From the NCBI GenBank assembly GCA_043821645.1, contig JBDRCO010000086.1, forward strand, positions 1 through 63,947: a stretch of DNA of 63,947 nt, read 5' to 3'. The stretch comes from Pseudomonadota bacterium. Lineage in GTDB: Bacteria; Myxococcota; JACRCW01; JAFGSX01. Both the position numbers and the translations under genes were made by a program. Below are positions 38,190 to 48,600 of this stretch, one piece after another. The first letter of the stretch is position 1. Each line of letters starts with the position of its first letter. Under the pieces are notes generated by a model. The model saw only the letters and a list, made by a program, of their open reading frames with translations. It was not told the origin of the DNA and made no database searches.

Positions 38190-38216
38190 CTCTCGGTACA
38201 GCCAGGCCGGACTTGA
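38190..38216 (-). promoter_or_regulatory. Sigma28-like promoter of pilT paralog
   Basis: TCAAG-N14-ACCGAGAG on minus strand; spacer resembles those of the flgM and fliJ promoters. Confidence 0.5.
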
Positions 38217-38299
38217 GCGCGGGAGCAAAATGCGCGCCTGGCAATCAGTTGCTGGGTGAGCAAGCCGGGAAGGTCACGCGACTTCCTGGGTCCCTACGC

Positions 38300-39304
<1,005 letters not shown>

Positions 39305-39353
39305 CCCGTCCCGCCTTGCTGCTCTGAGTGTTGCTGCTAGTGGGGCGCACGCA

Positions 39354-39368
39354 GCAAGAGTCTTGCCA
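39354..39368 (-). promoter_or_regulatory. Sigma54 promoter upstream of the activator gene
   Basis: TGGCAAGACTCTTGC on minus strand. Confidence 0.65.
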
Positions 39369-39512
39369 GCGCGCGGGTGGGCCTGCGCGGGTTCACCTTT
39401 TTATCTATCGCGCCTATGAACAATGTGCGCAGCGTGGAAAGAGCCATTCATACGCTGGGGTCTTGTTGCCCCAGCCTGGGGCGGTCGCACCCCAGGGGCT
39501 GCGTTGTGCACC

Positions 39513-39539
39513 TCAAGTCCCCATCCGGCGTGCCGATGA
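39513..39539 (+). promoter_or_regulatory. Sigma28 promoter of kinase-hybrid-HDOD operon
   Basis: TCAAG-N14-GCCGATGA, 7 nt before the ATG. Confidence 0.8.
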
Positions 39540-39546
39540 ACAGTCG

Positions 39547-40755
39547 ATGTCACTGCAGAGTGCACTGCGATTGCTGGCGCACGTCGAGGGGCCCATGCTG
39601 GCCGCCCGCATCGACGATGGCACCATCGTGACCGTCAACCGCCCCTTCGCCGGACTCGTGGGCTACTCGCAGATGGCGCTCATCGGCAACAGTGTCGAGA
39701 TGCTGTTCCCGGCCAGCGGTGAGCAACCCGCACTCAGCTTGTCCATCCTGGGCCAGGACGGGCCCATGGAGGACCTCGCCCTGGGGACAGCCAGCGGCGC
39801 GGCCCTGCACGTCCGCGTGCTGCGCTGGCACCTCGCGCGCAACAGCGACAGTCCGCTATGCGCCCTCGCCCTGGAACCCGGCGAGCTGTCCACCCGTCTG
39901 GCCGAGGTGCTGGCGAGCAAGCACCAGGCGCTGGAGCAGTCCCTCCGCGAGCTACAAAAAGCCTTCAATGGCCTCGAGCTGAAGAAGGACGAACTCAACC
40001 TGCGCAACCGGGAGCAGGCAGCGCTGCATGCGAAGCTGGCGCGCAGCATGCGCCTGGCCGCCATCGGAGAGCTCAGCGCTGGCATGGCCCACACCCTGCG
40101 CAATCCGCTGGCAGCGCTGTGCAGCACCCTGGCGCGATTGCGCCGCCTGTTGCACGCGCCCGGGGCTGACCTGGGATTGTGCGACGAGCTGATTGGCCGT
40201 GGCCTCGCCACCTGTGATCGCATCGGTAGCATCATCGAACGCTTCCAGCGCCTGTCGCCCGCTGCACCCATCGGAGGCACACCCAGCTGCCTGCTTGCCG
40301 AGGAGGTGCAGGTCACCCTCGAGCTGCTCTCCCACCGCTGCGCACCCGAGATCTCCATCGAGGTACAGATCCCAGCCGGCACGCGAGTCGCGGCGTCCAG
40401 CGTGGATCTGCACCTGGTACTATCCAATCTCATCGACAACGCGCTCAACGCCGTGCAGGAGCGTGGGCACATCCTCGTCAAGGCAGAGACCGGCTCCGAG
40501 GCGGTGCTGTTGCGCGTTCAGGATAGTGGCCCGGGGGTGGCACCGGAGCTTCGTGATCGGCTGTTTGAACCCTTTGTGACCAGCCGCCCCGAGGGCTGTG
40601 GCATCGGCCTATCGCTGGTGCGCGCGGCCGTCGAACGAAGTGGCGGAACTGTGGATCTGGTCCCGGGCCCGATGTCCGGGGCCGCTTTCGTGGTGCGCCT
40701 GCCGGCGCCCACCGCTGGATGGCATCATGAGTACGCCGCGACTACTGGTCGTTGA
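39547..40755 (+). CDS. PAS-domain histidine kinase
   Basis: PAS VNRPFAGLVGYS; AGMAHTLRNPL; NLIDNA; DSGPG; FEPF; GCGIGL. Confidence 0.88.
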   Translation: MSLQSALRLLAHVEGPMLAARIDDGTIVTVNRPFAGLVGYSQMALIGNSVEMLFPASGEQPALSLSILGQDGPMEDLALGTASGAALHVRVLRWHLARNSDSPLCALALEPGELSTRLAEVLASKHQALEQSLRELQKAFNGLELKKDELNLRNREQAALHAKLARSMRLAAIGELSAGMAHTLRNPLAALCSTLARLRRLLHAPGADLGLCDELIGRGLATCDRIGSIIERFQRLSPAAPIGGTPSCLLAEEVQVTLELLSHRCAPEISIEVQIPAGTRVAASSVDLHLVLSNLIDNALNAVQERGHILVKAETGSEAVLLRVQDSGPGVAPELRDRLFEPFVTSRPEGCGIGLSLVRAAVERSGGTVDLVPGPMSGAAFVVRLPAPTAGWHHEYAATTGR

Positions 40756-41866
40756 CGACGACTCGGACGTGATGTTCGCCCTCGAGAGCGAGCTCTCCGA
40801 CCGCTACCAGGTGTTTGCCACGGACAGCCCGGTGCGGGCCCTGCAGATGGCACAGGCCGAGAGCTTTGACCTGCTGGTCACCGACGTGCGCATGCCCCAG
40901 CTCACGGGCATCGAGCTGTCTGCGCTGGCCCAGCAGGCGCAGCCGGATCTGCCCACGGTCTTCGTCAGTGCGTACAACGACAGCGACGCCACCGACGCCA
41001 TCCTCGAGCGGCCCGGTTGCTTCAAGGTCAACAAGCCCTGGCACGATGCGCTACAGGTGATCGTCGAGCGTGCCTTGGAGTACCGGGCCCTGCGCAACTC
41101 TCAACAGGGGTCCAACCCCGCCAGCCAGCGCGTGGCCATGCTGGGCCTGCGCGCGGCGGGACTGGTCCACGACCTGCGCAACCACCTAGCGACGCTGGGG
41201 CTCAACCTTGACATCGCCCTGCCGTCTCTGGAACTGGCGGTGACCACCTTGCAGCAGCTCTCGGCTGCACCCAATCTGGACCGCCGCTCGATGTTTGAGC
41301 TGTCGACGCTGGTGCAGGAGCAGTGCGTGGCCTCGGTGCGCGAGAGCATCGACGTGATGAGCCGTATCCACGATCTGGTGGCCAGTTCCGTGGCCCTGAT
41401 TCGCGGCGAGGGGATGGGTGGCGCTGCCTCGCTCGAGCTGGCTGTCGAGAAGGCCATCGCCCAGGTGCAGGCCATGCTGCCCAGCCACATCCAGTCCAAG
41501 CTCCAGCCCGGGCTCTGTGTCGTCATGGCCGAGGTCAACCTGACGCGGGTTGTCAGCAACCTGCTGTTCACAGCGGCCCGGGCCTCGCAGCCGCGGGATG
41601 GCGAGATCCTTGTGCGGACCTGGTCCGAGGATGATCTGGCCTACATCACCGTCGAGGACAGCGGACCAGGTCTGGACCCGGTGCGCGCGCTGCGGCTGGG
41701 TGATCCGACGCAGCCAACGAGCGTGGACGGCAGCCTGGCAGGCCTGGGACTGAGCGTCTGCAGCGACCTGCTGCTGTCGGCCGGTGGTTGCCTGCGCTGG
41801 CGGCGGCGCTCGGGGGGCGGATCGATGTTCGTGGCTCGCATGGTGCGCTCGAGTGATGCAGCTTGA
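40727..41866 (+). CDS. Hybrid receiver-histidine kinase (N-box degenerate)
   Basis: LLVVDDD..VTDVRMP..NKPW; AGLVHDLRN; NLLFTA; EDSGPG; GLGL. Confidence 0.82.
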   Translation: MSTPRLLVVDDDSDVMFALESELSDRYQVFATDSPVRALQMAQAESFDLLVTDVRMPQLTGIELSALAQQAQPDLPTVFVSAYNDSDATDAILERPGCFKVNKPWHDALQVIVERALEYRALRNSQQGSNPASQRVAMLGLRAAGLVHDLRNHLATLGLNLDIALPSLELAVTTLQQLSAAPNLDRRSMFELSTLVQEQCVASVRESIDVMSRIHDLVASSVALIRGEGMGGAASLELAVEKAIAQVQAMLPSHIQSKLQPGLCVVMAEVNLTRVVSNLLFTAARASQPRDGEILVRTWSEDDLAYITVEDSGPGLDPVRALRLGDPTQPTSVDGSLAGLGLSVCSDLLLSAGGCLRWRRRSGGGSMFVARMVRSSDAA

Positions 41867-41909
41867 GAAGCCTCCTTTCAGAGCTGCGCTGACGGTGATG
41901 GGGTGTGGG

Positions 41910-42827
41910 ATGGCGCGTATCCAGTATGACCAGCAGACCAATCGCACGACCACGGGTACGAGCTATGTTTGCGCGGAGTCCGCCGAGGCTCCGGACTCGA
42001 ACGCGACAGTGCTGCTGAGCTTGCGACGGCAGGTGCTGTCCCTGCTCAATAGTCCGGACTACACGCCGCCATCGCTGCCCGAGCGCGCTCTTGAGCTCGA
42101 ACACATGTGCATGCACCTGGACACACCAGTACAGGCCCTGACTGCCGTCATCTCGCAGGACAGCAACCTGACGGCCGCGGTGCTGCGCGCCGCCAACTCG
42201 GTGTTCGCGCGGCGCACCGGTCGAACCTTCACCAGCCTGGATCGCGCGGTGCTGCAGATCGGCTTCAACGGCCTGCGCACCGTCACCTTTGCCATGTCCA
42301 TGCGGGCTGTGTTCCTGCGCACCTCGCTGAACCTGGAGCTGATGCGGAACTGCTTTCAGCATAGCCTGGCGGTCGCGCACGGGGCGTCCTGGCTGGCCGA
42401 GCGCGCCCAGCTGGATCAGGGCAGCGCCTACGTGGCCGGGCTGCTGCACGACATCGGCAAGGTCATCGTGCTGCATGCCCAGGAGAAACTCGCCGCGGGC
42501 ATGACCACCAAGCATGATCCCGCTCACCTGCAGGAGCTGCTCGACTCCCTGCATCAGGAGGTGGGGAGCCGGTTTGCCAGGAGCTGGGGACTGTCCGAGC
42601 CTGTCGTCGAGGTCTGTTCCCGTCACCACCGGGTCGGCCCGCGCCAGGGTCTGACCTCGCTGGTCGCCAGCGCGAACCGGTTGACCCGGTGCATTGGCCT
42701 GTCCCTACGCCAGCCCGAGTCCTGCGACGCCGCCTTCGCGGAACTGGCACAGCAGGGACTGGCGATGACCGAGATCGAGGATCTGATCCAGTCTCTGCAG
42801 GAACATGCGCTGGGCCTCGCCGACTGA
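41910..42827 (+). CDS. HDOD-domain protein
   Basis: PSLP..DSNLTAAVLRAANS..HSLAVA..AGLLHDIGK..HQEVG..WGL; start uncertain. Confidence 0.88.
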   Translation: MARIQYDQQTNRTTTGTSYVCAESAEAPDSNATVLLSLRRQVLSLLNSPDYTPPSLPERALELEHMCMHLDTPVQALTAVISQDSNLTAAVLRAANSVFARRTGRTFTSLDRAVLQIGFNGLRTVTFAMSMRAVFLRTSLNLELMRNCFQHSLAVAHGASWLAERAQLDQGSAYVAGLLHDIGKVIVLHAQEKLAAGMTTKHDPAHLQELLDSLHQEVGSRFARSWGLSEPVVEVCSRHHRVGPRQGLTSLVASANRLTRCIGLSLRQPESCDAAFAELAQQGLAMTEIEDLIQSLQEHALGLAD

Positions 42828-42891
42828 CGTGCACCTCTCAGGATTGCTCTCCCGTCACGCGCCGGCGTCGCCTGTGTCGGACTTCTCACTA

Positions 42892-42924
42892 GCGAGTGGG
42901 TTGACGTCTCGTCAAAGGCTTGAC
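42892..42924. promoter_or_regulatory. Tandem enhancer boxes upstream of motA
   Basis: GTCAAAGGCTTGAC (42911-42924) preceded by a TTGAC half-site at 42901; T-tract at ~42967. Confidence 0.6.
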
Positions 42925-42987
42925 AGCGCCACCCGGCGGGGACCGCCAGCACCCGCGATCTGATGATTTTTTTTTACCACCTGGCGC

Positions 42988-43002
42988 CGGCACGTTCCTT
43001 GA
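42988..43002 (+). promoter_or_regulatory. Sigma54-like promoter of motA operon (-12 GA variant)
   Basis: CGGCACGTTCCTTGA. Confidence 0.5.
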
Positions 43003-43030
43003 AAGTTCGACCGGAGGGAGGTTGCGGGCT

Positions 43031-43804
43031 ATGGATCTCGCGACGATTCTCGGTGTCCTCATGGCCTTCGGGCTGGTCCTCGGTTCCATTGCCGTGGGCG
43101 GCAGTGCCATGGCCTTCGTCAATGTGCCATCGATCGCCATCGTGCTTGGAGGGACCACCGGCGCTGTGCTCATCAACTATCCCCTGGCCGATGTCATCGG
43201 CATGCTGCGGGTGGTCAAGAATGCGTTCACCACCCCATCCTTTGCACCCGCCGAAGTGATTCGCCACCTGGTGGAGTTCGCCGGCAAGGCTCGCCGAGAA
43301 GGACTGCTCTCGCTCGAGGGAGACCTGGCCAGCATCCAGGACAAGTTTCTGGTCGAGGGCATACAGCTCGCAGTGGACGGACAGGACGCGGCGGCCATCG
43401 ACAGCGTGCTGTCCCAGTCCATCGAGTCACTCAAGGAGCGACACAAGCTGGGGGCCGAGGTGCTGACGACCTTTGGCACCTTCGCGCCAGCACTCGGACT
43501 CGTCGGGACCCTGGTCGGACTGGTGCAGATGCTGCAGAACATGAGCGATCCGTCGTCGATCGGGCCCTCGATGGCGGTGGCACTGTTGACCACGCTGTAC
43601 GGCGCCATCCTCGCCAATCTGGTGTTCAACCCGCTTGCGGGCAAGCTGCGCACGCGCTCGTCGCGGGAGGTGCAGAGCCGCGAGCTGGTGCTGGCCGGCG
43701 TGCTTTCCATCTGCACGGGTGACAACCCGAGGGTCGTCGAGCGAAAGCTCCTGGCCTACCTCGCGCCGCAGCAGCAGGCCCAGATGACGCCGGCGGGGGA
43801 GTGA
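43031..43804 (+). CDS. motA: Stator A subunit (MotA/PomA type)
   Basis: MDLATILG; ARREGLLSLE; APALGLVGTLVGL..GPSMAVALLTTLYG; GDNPR. Confidence 0.96.
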   Translation: MDLATILGVLMAFGLVLGSIAVGGSAMAFVNVPSIAIVLGGTTGAVLINYPLADVIGMLRVVKNAFTTPSFAPAEVIRHLVEFAGKARREGLLSLEGDLASIQDKFLVEGIQLAVDGQDAAAIDSVLSQSIESLKERHKLGAEVLTTFGTFAPALGLVGTLVGLVQMLQNMSDPSSIGPSMAVALLTTLYGAILANLVFNPLAGKLRTRSSREVQSRELVLAGVLSICTGDNPRVVERKLLAYLAPQQQAQMTPAGE

Positions 43805-44475
43805 CGATGGCGCGACGTCGGCAGGCGGCAGCAGCGGCGGCAGAGGGAGGCGGCAGTGGTGGGTTCGCCGTGCTCTTCACCTCGCTGTCGGTGATCTTGC
43901 TGGCCTTCTTCATCCTGCTCAATTCCCTTGCCACGATGGACGGTCGGCGGCGTCGGGCGGCTCTGGGTTCCCTGGTCGGAAGCTTCGGAACACTCCCGGG
44001 AGGTTTCGGTCTCGATCCTGAGGGCGAGGTCCTGGGGCGCGAGGTCGGGCTCACCGAGTCCGAGGAGCAGCGCGTGTTCGCTGCCTTCAGCAAGGCCATC
44101 GCCCAGGGTGAGACCGCGGCCGAGTTGCAGAACGAGGGTGGCCGCTGGACGCTGCGCTTGCGGCAGGATGCGCTGTTCTCGCGCGGCCTGCACGAGGTCA
44201 ACCCGCGCTACTTCCCCATCCTCGATCGTGCAGTCGAGGTTGCCCGCCAGACCAACCGTGCCCTGGTGGTGCGCGGCCACGCGGACGGTGGCCCCCTGCG
44301 CCAGCACAACTGGCTGATCTCGGCGCGGCGAGCAGCAGCCGTGGGTCGCTTCCTGATCGAGGCAGGAGGGTTGCCCGGGAACCAGGTTCGCGTCGAGGGC
44401 CTGGGAGATACCCAGGCCGACACCCAGGAATCCAAGGACTCGGCCTCTCGGCGAGTGGACGTGGTGTTCGAGTGA
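43801..44475 (+). CDS. motB: MotB-family protein 1 (TM lacks conserved Asp; intact OmpA-like domain)
   Basis: TM FAVLFTSLSVILLAFFILL; VRGHAD..NWLISARRAAAV..RRVDV. Confidence 0.85.
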   Translation: MTMARRRQAAAAAAEGGGSGGFAVLFTSLSVILLAFFILLNSLATMDGRRRRAALGSLVGSFGTLPGGFGLDPEGEVLGREVGLTESEEQRVFAAFSKAIAQGETAAELQNEGGRWTLRLRQDALFSRGLHEVNPRYFPILDRAVEVARQTNRALVVRGHADGGPLRQHNWLISARRAAAVGRFLIEAGGLPGNQVRVEGLGDTQADTQESKDSASRRVDVVFE

Positions 44476-45221
44476 GCGCCTCGTCGCGGCACAAGACCGA
44501 GGACGCGGGTCCCGCACTCGACCCCAATGGCTGGATGCTGTCGTTCAGCGACACGCTGACCAACCTGCTGTGCTTCTTCGTGCTGCTCCTCACAATGTCG
44601 TCCATGGACGCCAGGAAGCTCAAGGAGACCTTCGGATTCTTCGATGCCGCGGCGGGGGCCCTGGACTACAACAGCCAGAATGCGTCGGAGATCGGCCCCA
44701 GCGAGGTCCAGCCCGTGGTGTCCAATGCCCTGGCCTCCGACGTGGCCAAGGCTCTTCGGCTGCACCTTGCTGGCAGCGAGGACCCGCTGACCGCCGCCCA
44801 GGAGGTCCTGCGACCCTACTCGGCCCTGGGCGACCTCATGGTGGTGGTACAGCGTGCGGACGGGCTGCACGTGGACATCGCCCATGCGGCCCTGTTCGAC
44901 GAACAGGACAGGTTGACCGCCGACGGACGGGCCCTGCTCAACGCCATGGCGACGCTGACCCAGAGCAGTGGTCTGCGCCTGCTCGCCACCGTCTGGTGCG
45001 CGCGTGCCGAGTCCTTTGTACCCGTCCTGAAGACGAAGCCGGATTCCTGGGAGCGGGCTGCAACCCTGGGGCAACTCGTGCTGCAGGTGCTGGGATCCCC
45101 GCGCGAGCGCCTGGCGACGCTGCGCCTCGGTTTGCGAGGCGATGGGGTCGACACTGGACCAGGGGCCGACGGGCATGCAAACAAGCTCGAAATCGTGCTG
45201 CAGCAACCTCGAGGAGATTGA
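44472..45221 (+). CDS. motB: MotB-family protein 2 (TM Asp present; OmpA-like domain degenerate)
   Basis: WMLSFSDTLTNLLCFFVLLLTMS; no GHTD/NxxLSxxRA motif, only an SWERA remnant. Confidence 0.8.
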   Translation: MSASSRHKTEDAGPALDPNGWMLSFSDTLTNLLCFFVLLLTMSSMDARKLKETFGFFDAAAGALDYNSQNASEIGPSEVQPVVSNALASDVAKALRLHLAGSEDPLTAAQEVLRPYSALGDLMVVVQRADGLHVDIAHAALFDEQDRLTADGRALLNAMATLTQSSGLRLLATVWCARAESFVPVLKTKPDSWERAATLGQLVLQVLGSPRERLATLRLGLRGDGVDTGPGADGHANKLEIVLQQPRGD

Positions 45222-45223
45222 CC

Positions 45224-45712
45224 ATGGCGACGACTGCCGAACCCGCCCAGGTGGCACGTTCCACGCCTCGCGTGATCTGGATCTTGCTCGTCGTCAACCT
45301 GGCCACGCTGGGGGCTGCCGGCATTGCCGTGGCGACCGCCCTGCGCACCCCGCCCGCCGCTGCCGCCGCAGAGTCTCCACCCGTCGAAGCCAAGCCCATC
45401 GTGACGCCGGTCAGCGGGCCTCGGCTGGCACTGGAGACCTTCGTGGTCAACCTCGACGAACCGGGTGGCAACCGCTACCTCAAGCTGCAGATCACTGTCG
45501 AGCTGCAGCGCGAGGAGGCGCGCGCCCCCTTCAACGAGGACGTGGCGCGGGTGCGCGATGGTCTCATCGCCTACCTGTCGAGCCAGCGACTGGACGACAT
45601 TCGCGGCGCCGAGGGAAAGCTTCGGATCAAGGAGGGCATACAGGAGAGACTGTCCGAGCTCACCCCTGGGCTGGTGCGGGCGGTCTACCTGACGGATTTC
45701 GTCGTGCAGTGA
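45224..45712 (+). CDS. fliL: FliL
   Basis: Single TM; FVVNL..RYLK..VRD..VYLTDFVVQ. Confidence 0.95.
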   Translation: MATTAEPAQVARSTPRVIWILLVVNLATLGAAGIAVATALRTPPAAAAAESPPVEAKPIVTPVSGPRLALETFVVNLDEPGGNRYLKLQITVELQREEARAPFNEDVARVRDGLIAYLSSQRLDDIRGAEGKLRIKEGIQERLSELTPGLVRAVYLTDFVVQ

Positions 45713-45731
45713 GCACAGCAGGAGAGATCCC

Positions 45732-46787
45732 GTGAGCTCTGTCCTCAGCAACGAAGAAGTCGATGCCCTGATGTCCGCCCTGGCGCAGGACAGCGCTAGT
45801 ACAGGGGAGAAGCATGCGCGTGAGGCGCTGAGCTACGACCTGACGAGCCAGGACCGCGTAGTGCGAGGAAGGTTGCCGGGCCTCGATGGCATCCTCGATC
45901 GCTCCGCGCGCGGCTTCGTACGCGATCTTGGCCTGGTGCTTCGGCAACAGGTGGACGTGATCCCGGAGCCCAGCGCTTTGCTCAAGCACTCCGAGTTCAT
46001 GGCCATCCTGCCCTCACCCGGCAAGATTGCTGTCCTGCGCATGCCGCCGCTGAGAGGCCACGCACTGCTCTACCTCGACTTCGAGCTGTCGGCGCGGCTC
46101 ATCGGCGCTCTGCTTGGTGACAGCCTGCACAACAACGACGGCGCCGTGGCCAGCAGCGCGCCGACGCCCGCCAGCGAGCGTATCATGCGCCGGCTCGTCG
46201 CGTACTTCACCGGCAACCTGGATCGCAACTGGCAGCCAGTGCAGCCTGTGACCACAGAGATCGTGCGCATCGAGCAGGAGCCCCTGCGGGCCGCCCTCGG
46301 CACCGCTGCGGACCTGGTCGTGGCGTCGAGCTTCGAGATACAGCTCGGCGAGGGAACCAGCGGCCGAATGCTCTTTGGAATTCCCTTTTCGTCGATCGAG
46401 CCCCTGCGCAAGGCCCTTGGAGATGCCAGCGTCACCCTCCGCGAGTCCCGCGACGCGGCCCAGCAGAGCGCCATGCGCCGGGTGGTGCGCGAGCTTCCGG
46501 TCGACATGCGCTGCATCCTCGGCGAGACCACGTTGACCGTGCGCGACCTGGTGCGCTTGCACGAGGGAGACATCCTGCGCCTCGAGAGAGGACCCGACAG
46601 CCTCGCCGTCTGCCTGGTCGAGGGCCAGCCACGCCTGCAGGGCAGGATCGTCGTGCACGAGGGAAACCTGGCCATTGCTGTTGGTGCTGCCGGGCAGGGT
46701 GGCCTGGAGGTGGACGAGGCGTCGGAAATCGCCACGGGATCCGCAAGGGCGACTGCGCGGGGTGGCGGGGTCGTGCCGGAGGGCTGA
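45732..46787 (+). CDS. fliM: FliM
   Basis: VLSNEEVDAL; YDLTSQDRVVRGRLP; IPFSSIEP; C-terminal SpoA domain. Confidence 0.95.
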   Translation: MSSVLSNEEVDALMSALAQDSASTGEKHAREALSYDLTSQDRVVRGRLPGLDGILDRSARGFVRDLGLVLRQQVDVIPEPSALLKHSEFMAILPSPGKIAVLRMPPLRGHALLYLDFELSARLIGALLGDSLHNNDGAVASSAPTPASERIMRRLVAYFTGNLDRNWQPVQPVTTEIVRIEQEPLRAALGTAADLVVASSFEIQLGEGTSGRMLFGIPFSSIEPLRKALGDASVTLRESRDAAQQSAMRRVVRELPVDMRCILGETTLTVRDLVRLHEGDILRLERGPDSLAVCLVEGQPRLQGRIVVHEGNLAIAVGAAGQGGLEVDEASEIATGSARATARGGGVVPEG

Positions 46788-46854
46788 ACACCGGTTGTGC
46801 GCCAGCCGCAGGCATGGGCTGCACTGGATGGTTGCACATAGAAAGGGAGAGCGG

Positions 46855-47151
46855 ATGAGCGAGCACCTGGAGAAGAACGCGACGCAGGCCATCGAGCATC
46901 TCCTGGACGTGCCCTTGCGCATCGCCGTCGAGGTCGGGCGCACCAGGCTCTCGATCGGGGAGCTGCTGGCCCTGAGCCCCGGCGCTGTGGTGGAACTCGA
47001 CAAGGCTGCCGGCGAACCCCTGGACGTGCTGGTCAACGGGCGGGCAGTGGCGCGGGGCGAGGCGGTGCTGATCAACGAGAAATTCGGCGTGCGCATCACC
47101 GAGGTGCTACCGCGCGCCGAGCGTCTGCAGAGGCTGCGGGGGGACGAATGA
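46855..47151 (+). CDS. fliN: FliN
   Basis: LLDVPLRIAVEVGRT..ELDKAAGEPLDVLVNG..GE..FGVRITE. Confidence 0.97.
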   Translation: MSEHLEKNATQAIEHLLDVPLRIAVEVGRTRLSIGELLALSPGAVVELDKAAGEPLDVLVNGRAVARGEAVLINEKFGVRITEVLPRAERLQRLRGDE

Positions 47152-47708
47152 GCGCCGTCTTCTTGCTGTTCGCCGCGCAGCTGGCGACCACGCCTACCGT
47201 CGACATCCAGGGCCTGTTCGGGGCTCCCGCGCAGCCTCGCTACGGGGTCCCGGCAGCTCGAGCTGTCACCTCCGACCGGGGTGAGGCCAGCTCAGCCGAG
47301 CCTGTGTCAGCCACGACGGACGAGGGCGACCTGCCCCTGCTAGCCACGATGGGGACGGTGCTGCTGGTGCTTGCCAGCGCCTGGGCCCTGTGGCGGCGCC
47401 GCCGCGGCAGCCTGGGGGCGCATCCGTTGATCCGGCGCATCGCGGTCGCTGGCATCGCACCCGGCCAGGGGCTGGCAGTGGTCGAGGTGGGCGACGAGAT
47501 CCTTGTGGTATCCACCGGCAACGGCGGGGTGCGCCTGATCCACCGCCTCGAGCAACTCCCGGCCAGCGATGACCTGCTGGACGAGCTACCGGCACGACAT
47601 GCCATGAGCACCGAAGAGAAGACCTTGCGCTCGCAGATCGGGGATCTCTTGCAGACACCACGCCCCCCGGCCTTCGATCTGAACCGACCTCCATCGTCGC
47701 GGACTTGA
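47148..47708 (+). CDS. fliO: FliO/FliZ-like export protein
   Basis: TM followed by LAVVEVGDEILVV..VRLI; between fliN and fliP. Confidence 0.75.
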   Translation: MSAVFLLFAAQLATTPTVDIQGLFGAPAQPRYGVPAARAVTSDRGEASSAEPVSATTDEGDLPLLATMGTVLLVLASAWALWRRRRGSLGAHPLIRRIAVAGIAPGQGLAVVEVGDEILVVSTGNGGVRLIHRLEQLPASDDLLDELPARHAMSTEEKTLRSQIGDLLQTPRPPAFDLNRPPSSRT

Positions 47709-47709
47709 C
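47696..47709. promoter_or_regulatory. Enhancer-like box upstream of fliP
   Basis: GTCGCGGACTTGAC, ~130 bp upstream of the sigma54 site. Confidence 0.45.
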
Positions 47710-47836
47710 GCGAGCGCCAGCTCGTCGACGCTGCGCCCCGGCCCGTGCCCTGGCGGCGCGAGCGGTCTCACCAGCCAACAGCGCGGAACTCCTGACTTCC
47801 GGGCGAAGAACAGAGGAATAGAAACATCCGCCGAGC

Positions 47837-47851
47837 GGGCACGGCACTTGC
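47837..47851 (+). promoter_or_regulatory. Internal sigma54 promoter of fliPQR-flhBAFG-fliA
   Basis: GGGCACGGCACTTGC (GG-N10-GC) in the fliO-fliP gap. Confidence 0.7.
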
Positions 47852-47865
47852 TCCGTGATTTGGCG

Positions 47866-48600
47866 ATGAGCCCGATCACCCTGCAGCTGATCCGTCGTCA
47901 CCGCACCCCGCTCGGCGCCCTGGTGGGCCTGCTCAGCGTGATGCTGCCGCAATCGGCGCTCGCCGCCGAGAGCGAGCCCAGTGGCGTCGTGCGCGTGCTG
48001 GTGCTCACCACCGTCCTCACCTTCATCCCGGCGCTGTTGCTCTCGGTCACCTGCTTCACCCGCATCCTCGTCGTGTTCGCTTTCCTGAAGCAGGGCCTGG
48101 GCACGCCACATGTGCCGCCAGCACCCGTCCTGGTCACCCTGGCCCTTGCCCTGACCGCCTTCGCCTCGATGCCCATGCTGCAGCAGATCCACGTGCAGGC
48201 GGTAGAGCCCTGGCAGGCTGGTCAGATCGACAGCGTCGAGGCCATGCGCCGCCTGGAGCAGCCCCTGCGGGTCCAGCTGGCGCCCCGGGTCGTCGAGCGA
48301 GATGTTGCGCTGTTTGCCGGGCTGCGCGGGGACGCAGGCTACGCCAGCGTCGACGTCGTGCCGATGTCGGTGCTGATCCCCGCCTTCATGCTGGGCGAGC
48401 TGCGCCTGTCGTTTCGCATGGGTTTCTCGCTCCTGGTGCCCTTCCTCGTCATCGACTTGCTCGTCGCCACCATCCTGATGACCCTGGGTATGATGATGTT
48501 GCCACCCATCCTGGTGTCGCTTCCCATCAAGCTGCTGGTGTTCGTCTCCGTCGACGGCTGGGCCCTGCTTGTCGAGAGCCTGGCGCGAGGTGTGTTGTGA
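47866..48600 (+). CDS. fliP: FliP
   Basis: TCFTRILVV..GLGTPHVPP; LIPAF..EL; PFLVIDL..GMMMLPP..SLPIK..DGW. Confidence 0.96.
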   Translation: MSPITLQLIRRHRTPLGALVGLLSVMLPQSALAAESEPSGVVRVLVLTTVLTFIPALLLSVTCFTRILVVFAFLKQGLGTPHVPPAPVLVTLALALTAFASMPMLQQIHVQAVEPWQAGQIDSVEAMRRLEQPLRVQLAPRVVERDVALFAGLRGDAGYASVDVVPMSVLIPAFMLGELRLSFRMGFSLLVPFLVIDLLVATILMTLGMMMLPPILVSLPIKLLVFVSVDGWALLVESLARGVL

